From Carpediemonas membranifera BICM (lineage: Eukaryota > Protista > Fornicata): 64,000 nt of DNA. A program made the translations under genes and the position numbers. Location: contig JAHDYR010000042.1 in the NCBI GenBank assembly GCA_019828565.1, forward strand, positions 36,548 to 100,547. Direction: 5' to 3'. Positions 32,219 to 44,041 of this stretch are shown piece after piece. The first letter of the stretch is position 1. Every line of letters begins with the position of its first letter. The notes beneath the pieces were generated by a model, which ran no database searches, was not told the DNA's origin, and saw only the letters and a program-made list of their open reading frames with translations.

Positions 32219-35005
32219 ATGGTCGACGGCAGACTCAAGGCCGACCATGAGAACAACCGGATTAAGCTCGCGCTCGAAGCGTGGGACCTGCGGTCCACAA
32301 TGAATGACGAGGCAGTTGTCCGCATTAGCACACTGACGGGGCACAAAAGCAGAGTGACCGATATCGCCACCTCCCCCGACGGCACCATCGGCACTGCATC
32401 AGATGACGGCACGATCAAGCAGTGGCGCTCCAATGGTCGGTGGATGCCCAGGACGCATGGGGGTCATGTTTTGTGCGTAGCAGTGTCACCAGACGGGTCG
32501 ACCATCGCTTCTGGCGGATCCAACCGTCTCATCAAACTATGGGACACAACCGCGGGCCGGTATAATAAGACCCTCAGAGGGCACACAAGGGTTGTGCGTT
32601 GCCTTGTATTCTCGTCCGATGGCCGCACCCTCGTCTCCGGGTCGGATGACAAGACCGCCAAGATCTGGGACGTCGAGGCAGGGCAGTGCAGGTTGACACT
32701 AACATGACATCACGATATTGTGCGTGGCGTGGCCATCTCCCCCTTCGGCTCAACCATTTTCACTTGTGGTTTGGACCGCACGATCAAGCAGTGGTATATC
32801 ACCACTGGTGACTGCTTCGGTACCATTGACGTTGGTTCACAAGCCATCAGCATTGCCTTGTCACCTGATGGGGCCCAAATAGCTTCCGTTACCAACAGCG
32901 GCTCCATCAAGTTCTGTGATTCCGTAACTGGCCAGCTGACTCGGACCATTGATAGGCGCACCAGCACTGTGCGGAGCCTCGCCTTCTCCCCCGACGGAAG
33001 GCATCTGGTGTCTGGGTCCAATGACAAAACCATCAGGTTCTGGGACATTGCGACGGGAGCCCTGATCTGGACGTATCCGGCGCACAATAGTGCGGTGACA
33101 AGCGTCGCGTTCTCTCAAGATGGCACCACGATCGTGTCTGGATCCTATGACAATGCCGCCAAGGTCTGGAGCACACTCCCCCGCACCCCCAAGTTCCTGG
33201 CCACCTTCAACCAGCTCTGCTCCAGCCCAGTCACCCCGACGCTGATATTCACATCTACTACGACATATGGCTCCACGAAACTCAGTCGTACTCCCCGGCG
33301 ACATCGCTCGCATTATGATCCACTTCCTCGCCACTGGTCTGCCCCGCTACTTTTCGATGACGCTGACCCACCCCACGGCCACTGTCTGGCTGGAGGACAA
33401 CGAGGCCAAGACGGACTCCAATGACGACGAGCTGGCCGAGCTCATCAAACTCGTTAACACGTTCAGACCCGACCAGCATGTTGCCGACTTCTGCTCAGGC
33501 GCCGATTCGGGCATTGTCATATGTGATGCGACAATCGACCACCTGCGGCAGATCGCCTCTCCCGTGGTCTCATCGCAGGTCACTCCAGACGTTTTCTATA
33601 TCAAAATGGCCGGCCGGAGTTCGTCCCAGATCAGCATGTCGGATGGACTATTTATGGTCGAAGATCCGCAGAATGATGCAATCATATCGCAGGCGAACTG
33701 CAATCTTTGGAGCGAGCGGGTGGACGAGAGTCGCGATATGATTGCCAGACTCCGGGCAGAACTCTCTAAGGCGAAGACCACCGTTGCTTCCTTCCAGGCC
33801 ATTGTGAACTTCGCCGCTATCGAGCGGGCTGCTGAGCTGAGCTCCACGCTCGATGGCCGCCCCCTGCTCTCGATCTCCATGCCAACACTTGACACTGGCG
33901 ACACTCCGCCGCTCGCTGGCTTCATCGGCCGACTCGGCAAGGCCAGACGCCATCCAGAGACCCGCATCGCCGAGTACGAGGCGGTCATCGCCCAGGCCAG
34001 CGCCGGTGTCGAGGCACTCGAGGCCAGGATCATCGCTATCCGCGCTGCCTACCAGGCGGCATCGGCTATCGTCAACGCCGCCGAGTCTTTCCCCTCGCAT
34101 GATGAGATGGCCCGCGTGCTCAAGGCCGCTGACAACGAGGTCGTCGGCTTCCCCACCCTCGCGCCCAAGCAGCAGGCCAGGTACGCCACGCTCCGCGCCT
34201 TCCTCCAGCCGGTCGTCCGTGAGACGTGGCTGCGGGCCCTCCGTCGGAAGGAGCTTGGTGATGACACGAGCGCCGAGGAGCGCACTATTCGCGGGTTGAC
34301 TGGCCTGGTGGCCGAGGCTGTGGTCCATCTGGCTGGGTTCGCCGAGGCCGACGCTATCGCTGCGCAGCTCCGGTCGCTGGGCGACTACCAGCACATCAAG
34401 AGCAAGGCCGAAGAACTCGAAGAGGATGTCGATTTCTTCAGCAGGAGACGTAAACACGGCTTAGGCAAGCTTAAAGAGGCGCAGAAGGAACTAGACTCCG
34501 TCAAAGCCAAGCTAGCGCGCATGAAACAGATTCATATCGCTGCACGCCGAAGCTCGTCCGGCTCTGCCCTGAGCTGGGTGCCCTCACCGCGCCCTCGGCC
34601 AGCCTCTTCGCCGAGCTGCGCGAAATGGGGCTGGCCCACCTCATGGATCTACCCGAGATGCGCGCCGACCTGTCTCTGTCTGACTTCACTGTTGAGTCGA
34701 CCGTCAGCGAGAACAGAGCGCTGTGCCAGATCGTGGCCCGCGACGGCCAGACCTACTTCGCCAAGACCTTCAAGCTCGACAGCGCGCACCAGCACAAGCT
34801 CTGCGACCGCGAGGCGGGCATCCTGTCACGCATGTCGCACAGCCCCGCAGTGCCAAAGCTGCACTTCGTCCTCGTCGACAGAGCCGAGCAGACCTGCACG
34901 ATCGTCATGGAGCGCCTCGAGGGCCACCTGCACGACTCGCCTGACACTCAGCGCACACTTCTCCACTGGCTGCTCACCGCGATCCACGATCTGCATAGCG
35001 CGGGC
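32219..35005 (+). pseudogene. WD40 repeat - coiled coil - protein kinase gene, 5' part (disrupted)
   Basis: WD40 repeats with an in-frame TGA replacing the G of a GH motif (32705-32707); frameshifts near 33250 and 34550; kinase N-lobe ends HDLHSAG at the E1 insertion. Confidence 0.75.
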
Positions 35006-35127
35006 TGTTGTGGGTCCTACCCAAAGTTACACAGATTTACGTTATATTTAATAGTCAAGGAGTTTCTCCTCGACACCCTTGTGTCGAGTCTTCTCCTCAG
35101 TAAAAGTTCAACACCCATTGAACCACA
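35006..35127 (+). repeat. 5' LTR of E1
   Basis: TGTTG...ACCACA; identical to 40830-40951; internal hairpin CTCGACAC-cctt-GTGTCGAG. Confidence 0.97.
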
Positions 35128-35148
35128 GTACTAGTACTACCAAAACAT

Positions 35149-38100
35149 ATGGGTACGGAAACTTACAGAAGCCTGAAGAAGAATCCGCCTCTCCTGAAGA
35201 AGTCCTCCATGGACGCTCTTTTGGACTTTGCGGATAACCTCCACGATCATCGCGCCTTAGGCGGCCGCGATGATGTTATTGACCTCATCGAGCCTAGCAT
35301 AGCAGAGCTAGCAGGCCTTAACGACGACGAAGAGGTTGAAGACACTCCTCTCCTGCTCTCCGCGAAGCTCCGTAAGAAACGTCGTGTCGCAGCCCAAGAT
35401 GAACGAGTCCTCAAGCGCCTCGGTGCTGCCCTTCGACCTTCTCGCCCGAGCATGCGTCTACAGCTCTTCCGAGTCCCCGCCAAGTCCTTCGAGCCTGATG
35501 AGGTTGCTCGAGTGAACCGCCGATTCAATCTGCTCTTGAAGCTCGTTCAACCCGAAGATCCCGAGGACGTCTTGAAGGAGACGTACAGCCGCTGCTTCAA
35601 GTTCCCCAACAACAGTCGCATCATGTATCGAGTCAGAGAATCAACGGAGCGCAAGGATCTCAAGGACGCAATGGCTGATGTCCTCGTCATGTCACGCGAC
35701 CTCAAGGAGTCCAAGGAGATGATCGCTTCCTTCGGCGCTGCGGGGGTCTCCGACTCACAGCGTACCAACACCACGCCCTCCCATACACGGCACACGGGGA
35801 GCGGTCCGAAGAACCCTCATCGACGCGAGCCTGACCGCACGAACGTAGCCCCCTCAAAAGGCAAGCCGATCGACAAGCCCAAGCACGAGAAGAAGCCATT
35901 CGTGTGCTTCAACTGCGGTAAGGTCGGTCACTCCGCTCGCCGATGCCCTGCTCCGAAGACAACCTGTTCCAAGTGCCAGAAGCCGGGCCACCGAGCTGAA
36001 TTCTGCCGTTCTGAGGTAAATTCAGCTCGTTGTGTGTTTTCTCTCGGTTCCCGTCAGAGTGTCCTTCCCACCGTCAAGGCTAGCATTCTTAAGCAAGTCG
36101 TGTCCGTCCTGTTCGACTCGGGCGCTGACTGCGCAACCATTGACCCCAAGCTCTGCTACGGCAAGGCAGTGAAGTGGATCTCACACGAGAAGACACTTAT
36201 CGAGACAGTGGGCGGCGTCAGAGAGGCCGAGGGTCAGGTATCCTTCCGCCTCGTCTTAGCGCCCTCGCCATTCACTCCGCGCGGATGCTCTATCACTATT
36301 AAGGCCTACGTCCTGTCGACCGCTTTCGATGTATGCCTGGGTTACCCTCAGATGGTGGAGATCGGCCTTCTCCCTTCGTTGTCTGAGCCTACCAGCGAGC
36401 TCGCAGCCAGCGACGAACCACCTACATTCGAGAAGTACGTCGCGCAAGCCAGAGCCATGTCCTCTTCCTTTTCTCAGAGGCAGGCCGACATCCTCAAGCG
36501 TTACGCCCGGACATTCGTGGACCGTACCGAGCCAAGCCGGCTCGAACCGTATGATTTGGTCCTCAAGGGCGACAGAGTCGTACACATTCGGCCGTACTAT
36601 GTTCCCCCGCCGAAAGTCCCGATCATTCAAGAGCACATTAATACGCTCCTGGCAAAGCGCTACATCGAGGCATGCCAGTCTCAATACGCGAGCCCTACCA
36701 TCATAGTTCCAAAGAAGGGGGGGAAAGACGCGTTTTGTCGTCGACTTCCGCGAGATCAATCAACTAACGGAACCATTCGACTACCCCATCCCTCGCATAG
36801 ACGAAGTTCTCACTCAACTGTCCGGAAAGTCTGTGTTCGCTACCCTAGACTTGTCAGCAGGATACCATCAGATCCCTCTTACTGAACGGTGCCGTCACCT
36901 AACCGCCTTCCGTACTGTTTTTGGTCAATACCAATATACACGGATGCCCTTCGGCTTACGTAACGCCGGAGCGTACTTCCAGAGGGCGATGGAAGACGGG
37001 TTCAAGGGTCTGGTGGGCTCCGCCTGTGTCATATACATTGATGACATCATCGTCATGGGTGCGGATGAGGACGAGTACCTGGGAAACCTCGAAAAAGTCA
37101 TGCAACGCGTTGACAAGCTTAACCTTCAGCTCGGCCGAGATAAGTGCCAGTTCGGTCGGCAAGAGGTCGAGTTCCTCGGGTGGATCATATCCCAAGGCAG
37201 CGTGAAGATCTCACCCCAGCGGACCGAAGATATCGCGAACCTCAAGCTGTCTTCATCCACGAAGGGCATGCAGGGTCTCAACGGATTCCTCAACTATTTC
37301 CGCGATTACATACCCAACTTCGCGGTCCGAGCTAAGCCTCTGCTAGACGCCATGTCCGGTCGGCAGACCCCCTCGAGACGTTCTTCAGAAGTCGCTGGAC
37401 GATCTGAAACAAGCTTTATGTTCGGCCGACGCTCTAGCCATGTTCGACGCGACTAAGCCTCACACCGTCATGACTGACGCATCCGATGTCGGGTACGGAG
37501 CAGTCTTACTCCAAGAGGGCCGACCAGTTTGCTATATGTCGCGTGCGTTCAACGACGTCCAGTCACGCTGGTGTACCGGTGAGAAAGAAGCCTACGCTAT
37601 CGTGGCAGCGTTACAACGATGGCGCAAGTTCCTGTGCTGGGAGAGCTTTACTATTCTCACGGATCACCGGAACCTACTCTATATGTACCGGTCCACCAAC
37701 GCCAAGGTCCGCCGGTGGGCTGATTCGATCGCCGATTTAGATTTCACCCTACAGCACATCGCCGGTCTGGACAACGGTGGAGCCGACGGTCTCTCGAGAG
37801 TATTCTCCATGCAACAGGCGTCGAGGGATCAGGTATCCCGCGCTCATCTCACAGCAGGAGCTCATCTGTCTCGCCGGATGACAACCGAGCAACTTAGGGC
37901 CGACGGTTTGTCTGTCTCCCGTCAAGTCGTAGACGACGTGATTACCGCGTGTCCAGAGTGCCAAGTCTTGGCCCGCCCTCCTGTTGATACACCCGACGGC
38001 CTGCATACAGCTGTAGACCTCCCGTTCCGGCGTGTGGCCATTGACACCATGGGTCCGCTACCGACGGTCAACGGCCTGTCCTACGTGACAGTAATGATCG

Positions 38101-39086
38101 ACATGTGCTCCCGCTGGACAGAGCTAGTCCCGGTCAACAGCACCTCAGCCAAAGACGCAGCCAACGCATTGGTCAACACCTGGATTCTACGATACGGATG
38201 CCCCGAAGTCGTCCAATCGGATGGGGGCTCAGAGTTCAAAAACGCTCTGTTCAAACGCCTCTCCGAAGAGATGGGGTTCGACGTCCACATAACGACAGCA
38301 TACCATCCCCAGAGCAACGGTGTCGTCGAACGCGCGAACAAGGAGGTCGAACGCATCCTCAGAGCCAGGAAGCTGGAGTTAAGGAATAACGATTGGGTAG
38401 CACACCTACCAGTCGCCCAATTCTTGGTCAACTCAATGCCCAGGATCCCGACCCGGTTGACTCCGGCCGAGATCATGTTTGGCGCCAATTTATCAATACC
38501 GTCATCGATCTATATCACGGATGCCGCCTCGGCTGGTCCGCCACAGTCGAAGCTAGCCGCAGCCGATGCCGCCATCCAACTCGCCAAAGCAAGGATTAGA
38601 GCCATGCGCGAAGACGCTCTCGCAAAGGCAACCTCATCGAGAAGCGAGATATTGAGCCGTTTCGTGCTGGTCAAATACTACCCAAGACCACCGAGCAAGC
38701 TAGCCCCGGGCTGGCGCGGCCCCATGAGGCGTGTCGCAGCCGTCAAACGTGATGGTGTTGTCGTCGCATATGAGGTACAAGACCTCAGTCAGTCAGCGGA
38801 CGGTCCAACTATCAAGGTAGACGCGGCACGTGTGCGAAGATTTGACCCAGGCAAGCTCTCGGAGCAACAGATCTATGACCTCGCAGCCGCTTCCGTCGAT
38901 GAGTGGCATGTCGAGCGCATCTCACGCTCTAGAGGCTCGGGCCCCAAGTCAAGGCGCGAGTACCTCGTACACTGGGTCGGATTCGAGGATTCAGAGGCTT
39001 CATTCGAACCTTATTCGCACGTCAAAGATTTGGAAGCCCTCGATACATATTTGAAGTCTGACCAAGCCAAGCGTGACGGTCTGTAA
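35149..39086 (+). CDS. Gag-Pol polyprotein of E1 (apparent frameshifts near 36720 and 37370-37440)
   Basis: CFNCGKVGHSARRC, CSKCQKPGHRAEFC, LFDSGAD, YIDD, TDASDVG, IDTMGP/SDGGSEF/ERANKE; chromodomain YLVHWVGF. Confidence 0.9.
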
Positions 39087-39128
39087 AACTTCTCAACATC
39101 GAAGCTGTATCCTCGAGGAACAAACGAT

Positions 39129-40022
39129 TTATTCAGAGCTAGATTCCTCGTCTTCCGTCTCCTCCGTGTCCGTCAGCTCGACCAACCAAGTCGGGTCAGC
39201 GTGGCGCTCAAGGGCGTTCTCAGCCAAGTACTCTCGCACACACCGGACAAGGCAGAGATCAGCGTTGAGGGACACGATGCTGAGTCCCGAGTATCCGTCA
39301 TACTGCAGGATCAACACAAAAGACCCGGGACCACAAGTCGTCTTCAGATACTCGTGACGGACTACGCACGTGACAGTGTAGTAGCGGTCCGGATCAGAGA
39401 CCTGAAGCGGCTCCCAGTGAGCCTCATCGCCAATGGCGGGCAGGTAGCCGTCGTGGCACAAGCGGCTGACCAGGGTTGCCCAGAAGTCGTTGGGAGCCGG
39501 GATGCGCCGGCTGATGCCGTAGACAGCGACACGGAAGTAGTCCGGTGCGAGGACGAGGACCAACAGGCGGTTAAGATATCCGCGCGCTGTAGTGTCCGAC
39601 TTGACCCCGCCGGCAGTCCGCACAGCCGCCACGAGAGCTGCAGAGTAGTGACCATTACCGGGTGAAGATCCACCCAGCGTGATGTCGCGGCCCCGGATCG
39701 CGGCCGACACGATGTCGCCATCGGACAAGCGCTTCCTGCCGAGCTTGAGGTGGGCCCTCACACCGGCAAGCGCGACCTGGCAATGAGCCACGAGAGCCAA
39801 GACCTGCTGGGTCAGCTTCACGTCCTGCACTACGGCTGCGTCGTTCAGACGACCTTGCTCAATAGCGTCAAAGATTCGCTGGAGCGGCAGCTCGATGGAG
39901 TTGGTGTAACCTTCCAGGCGTCGGGCAACCTCGGCCTTGATGTCGTGGGGCATCAGAGTCGTCATCGTCAGGGTGCGAGTGATGCGTTCTGAGGCTTGCA
40001 CGCGGTGACTATATAACCTCAC
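39129..40022 (-). CDS. Antisense accessory ORF of E1, unknown function (ATG likely 39965)
   Basis: Intact ~280-297 aa ORF inside the LTRs, convergent with pol (stops 42 bp apart), acidic tail. Confidence 0.65.
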   Translation of the reverse strand: MRLYSHRVQASERITRTLTMTTLMPHDIKAEVARRLEGYTNSIELPLQRIFDAIEQGRLNDAAVVQDVKLTQQVLALVAHCQVALAGVRAHLKLGRKRLSDGDIVSAAIRGRDITLGGSSPGNGHYSAALVAAVRTAGGVKSDTTARGYLNRLLVLVLAPDYFRVAVYGISRRIPAPNDFWATLVSRLCHDGYLPAIGDEAHWEPLQVSDPDRYYTVTCVVRHEYLKTTCGPGSFVLILQYDGYSGLSIVSLNADLCLVRCVREYLAENALERHADPTWLVELTDTEETEDEESSSE

Positions 40023-40829
40023 GGTTGATGTTTGTTACTTACAGATTGTCGGTGACCATGCGCTTGCGTCCACGATACTTCTGAGCGCGAAGGGAACGAC
40101 AAACGGACGTATGGGCAACAATAAGTGGCCTAGCCAGATCGTCATCACCAAGTTCGGTGATTTTTGGCACGAATTTCCTTCAGAACGGCCTCTACGGCTG
40201 TGTTGTCCGACATCAAATGAGTTGACGGCGACATATCCTGCACATTTCTCGGAAACGGTCGAAGGAACAACTAACAAGGTCATCTTAGTCTTCAAGCATG
40301 CATTTATTGTCGGTAATAAGGCATTAGGAGCTTCCTAGTGCTCCTTCCGGTCAGTTTGATGTTGTTATTCAAGTACAGTTGGACGCAGAAAATTAGAAGC
40401 CTCAGAACTCCTCAACGGAGCCGAATTGGAGCTTCTAAGTACGTTTTTCGGCGTCTGTGTGATTATGAGCGATAAGGGCTCAGCATTGGCAGTGTTTGCT
40501 AGAGCAATCGTTCTTGGCCTTCGAATTACATGGAATGGCATATAACACGTATAAGGTTTGTGAAGACGGCCTAGGAAGGCCGTGGAGGGGCAGTGGTAAG
40601 CCTTTCCGTCACGTTTCACCATTTTTGAAACAGAGCTCACATAGCGGTACCGCAGTTAGATCATGATACCATCATTTTGATTTCGTTCAGCTAGATGCGA
40701 AAGCACTCAGGCCATGGGGTTGCCAGCCCTATGAGTCACCGTTGGCGGTCGGGTGGCACCGTCCAGGCCTTTGGTGAAATGCTGACGTCAAGTCTCTCTG
40801 TCATGCCTATACCAGGCATGGAGGGGCAG

Positions 40830-40951
40830 TGTTGTGGGTCCTACCCAAAGTTACACAGATTTACGTTATATTTAATAGTCAAGGAGTTTCTCCTCGACAC
40901 CCTTGTGTCGAGTCTTCTCCTCAGTAAAAGTTCAACACCCATTGAACCACA
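40830..40951 (+). repeat. 3' LTR of E1
   Basis: Identical to the 5' LTR; preceded by the PPT and followed by the TSD GGGC. Confidence 0.97.
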
Positions 40952-40955
40952 GGGC

Positions 40956-41683
40956 ATCTGCCACCGTGACCTCAAGCCCGAGAACGTCATGCTGCGCGAG
41001 GGCCACCCCGTGCTCGTCGACTCGAGACGGCCTCGAACATGGACGCCGTGAACACGACCGCGACGGGTGTCAATGCCGGCACGCTCGCCTTCAGCGCGCC
41101 CGAGGAGATCGCCGTCCGCAAGGCCGGGAAGAAGCTGAGCCACCGCGAGCAGCAGGCCGCCGACGTCTACCACGTGGGCCTGACGATGCTCGGTGCCATG
41201 GCGCCAGACTACTTTGACTTCTGCCGGAGACTGCTCAGCTTGATCACAGGCGACCTCGTCGCTGCTTCAACAGTCGACGACGATGCTCTCTGCATCGCCT
41301 TGCTCGCCACGGTCGCCGTCACAGACGCCCTGCGCGAGATACTCTCCGGCATGCTCGCCACCCACCCCGAGGTCCGCTGCAAAATGGATTTGATAGACAT
41401 GGGTCCAGATCATGCAGTTGGCCATCCTGAAGCGCTAGGGCAGCCTGCAGACCGCAGCAATGCCTCTGCTGAATGCCCTTCATGCCTGACGGACAGGACG
41501 CGCGTTGACTCTAAAGGACTGCATGTTTCGGCATCAGAAGAAGGTGTGGAATACAACGGAGTCATCGCCGAACCGCTCCGACCATGTCGGTTGTTAGGAC
41601 ATCGCGTTCAGACGCCCTCTGCAATTACCAAGTCAATAGATGGGAGTCGACCTGATCAGCACGCCATTTGGGGCCTCAGGTGA
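40956..41683 (+). pseudogene. Protein kinase C-lobe: 3' part of the gene interrupted by E1
   Basis: ICHRDLKPENVML; a 1-nt fix gives VLVDFETAS...GTLAFSAPEE. Rejoins in frame with 35005 once one TSD copy is removed. Confidence 0.8.
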
Positions 41684-42574
41684 CCCTATAGCTGAGCTTT
41701 GCTGGGCGCTGCTGCGGCCATGGGCCGCTAGCGCGCTGCTTGGCTCGTTTCTCCTCGTATAGCTGTCGTAGAGGTCTGATCTGAGCCTTATTATAATAGT
41801 CTGCCCGAGTAGAGTCCAGCCATACCATAAATGTCCCCCATTCCCCCCCTCCCGGTCGCTCATATCTCCAAAATGGCCTATATTCCCTGTAGGAAGAAAT
41901 TTTTACCGGGAGCAAATAGGTATTTTTGGCAGACAACGCCGCTCCGAGCTCTATCGCGCCCAGCGGTGCCTGCAGCGGCCACAGAACAGAGCTAGAATTC
42001 GGGTGATTTTTAATCTCGATCGAAATGCTGCTGAAGCACGCTCTAGAGGGACTGAAGCGCTCCTCGAGGCGCCAATGAATGGAGATAGATCGTGTTGTTC
42101 GCGTTTACTTTGAATACTGCAGCAATAATGGAGATAATGAGATTTGCCGGGAACTGCAGACGAATTCCCTCACTAACTGCCAGCCTGGAATCGTGATAAA
42201 GCTCCTACATGATCACTCTGCATGCCCCAGAAGCATTGTACGCATGCTCAGAACCGCTTGAGCTGATGTTGGGCTGCTCCGCAGGATAAGGGATGATCGC
42301 TCATGGACGTCTGAAAGCAGATCCTGGACGATAGAAGAGACGAAGAGAACACGTAAACATTTACATTCATTGCGACGCGTATGCCAGCTGGGTTGGCACT
42401 GGCGTCATCAACGCAGACTTCGCCATCGCTGTCGGTGGTAGGCGAGTCGTTGATGTTGTTAGGGAGTGATGTGGATGATGGAACTTGCTGTTGAGGGCGC
42501 CGGTGATGCGGGGCTGGCGTGGCGCTGAGGGTGGCGTCGTGGCGCTGGCGTAGGGGTGCTGTGTGGGCGCTGCG

Positions 42575-43680
42575 ATGAGGGCGCCAGGAATGAGGCGCCA
42601 TGGATGAGGCGCCAGGGATGAGGGCGCCAGAGATGAGGCGCCAGGGATGAGGCGCCAGGATGAGGGCGCCAGAGATGAGGCGCCAGAGATGAGGCGCCAG
42701 AGATGAGGCGCCAGAGATGAGGCGCCAGGACGAGGGCGCCAGGATGAGGGCGCCAGAGATGAGGCGCCAGGATGAGGGCGCCAGAGATGAGGCGCCAGGA
42801 TGAAGCACCAGAGATGAGGCGCCAGGGATGAGGCGCCAGAGATGAGGCGCCAGAGATGAGGGCGCCAGAGATGAGGCGCCAGGATGAGGGCGCCAGAGAT
42901 GAGGCGCCAGGGATGAGGCGCCAGGATGAGGCGCCAGGATGAGGGCGCCAGAGATGAGGCGCCAGGATGAGGCGCCAGGAATGAGGCGCCATGGATGAGG
43001 CGCCAGGGATGAGGGCGCCAGAGATGAGGCGCCAGGATGAAGCACCAGAGATGAGGCGCCAGGGATGAGGCGCCAGAGATGAGGCGCCAGGATGAAGCAC
43101 CAGAGATGAGGCGCCAGGGATGAGGCGCCAGAGATGAGGCGCCAGAGATGAGGCGCCAGGATGAGGCGCCAGAGATGAGGCGCCAGAGATGAGGCGCCAG
43201 GATGAGGGCGCCAGAGATGAGGCGCCAGGATGAGGGCGCCAGAGATGAGGCGCCAGGATGAGGGCGCCAGAGATGAGGCGCCAGGGATGAGGGCGCCAGA
43301 GATGAGGCGCCAGGGATGAGGGCGCCAGAGATGAGGCGCCAGGATGAGGCGCCAGAGATGAGGCGCCAGGGATGAGGCGCCAGGATGAGGGCGCCAGAGA
43401 TGAGGCGCCAGGATGAGGGCGCCAGAGATGAGGCGCCAGGATGAGGCGCCAGGATGAGGCGCCAGGATGAGGGCGCCAGAGATGAGGCGCCAGGATGAGG
43501 CGCCAGGATGAGGCGCCAGGATGAGGGCGCCAGAGATGAGGCGCCAGGGATGAGGCGCCAGAGATGAGGCGCCAGAGATGAGGCGCCAGGATGAGGGCGC
43601 CAGAGATGAGGCGCCAGGATGAGGGCGCCAGAGATGAGGCGCCAGGGATGAGGGCGCCAGGATGAGGGCGCCAGAGATGA
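42575..43680. repeat. Tandem satellite A: variable 13-16 bp unit GATGAG(G)GCGCCAG(A/G)
   Basis: Dozens of directly visible copies containing GGCGCC. Confidence 0.97.
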
Positions 43681-44041
43681 GGAGTACAGTATTAGAACCC
43701 CGAAAACGCCATAATACCAACACCAATGAGCTTCATCAACGAAGATATGCTCACTGGTGCCGGTTATGGCGTTTTCGGGTCGTCGATATCTGCTCCCAAA
43801 TCTGCACCTGAATTTTCGTGAGCATGCCCGGGAGCTATGCCTGACGAGTGATACCGCAGGGACCACGCTCAGATGCTCAGCCTCTGCCAGGCGGCACTCG
43901 TTTGAATTCTGCACGAAAAAAAATCAGACGACGAATGATGGGCAAAGGGCCGCGAAAACGCTGTAGTACCAGCGCAAGTAGAGTATTTTGCAATAAAATA
44001 GCTTACTTGCGGTGGTGCTGGCGTTTTCGGGGCCCCAATAT

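Larger units (their letters stand above)
35006..40951 (+). mobile_element. Full-length chromodomain Ty3/gypsy retrotransposon E1 with an extra antisense ORF
   Basis: Identical 122-bp LTRs (35006-35127, 40830-40951), 4-bp TSD GGGC, PPT GGAGGGGCAG, order gag(2xCCHC)-PR-RT-RH-IN-chromodomain. Confidence 0.97.

Noticed and set aside
36712-36728. Programmed +1 frameshift at AAG AAG GGG, shared by E1 and E0 (~2240)
   Set aside because: Both are one extra G in a G run inside the RT domain. Similar single-base slips occur at unrelated places in E2-E4, and the LTR pairs are identical, so long-read error is more likely. Short-read polishing would settle it.
41816-41828. 13-bp match CCAGCCATACCAT with 55716-55728 as transposon termini
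   Set aside because: Direct rather than inverted, short, and without a TSD.
42575-43680. CRISPR array or telomeric repeat
   Set aside because: No unique spacers, eukaryotic context, variable unit length and internal position.
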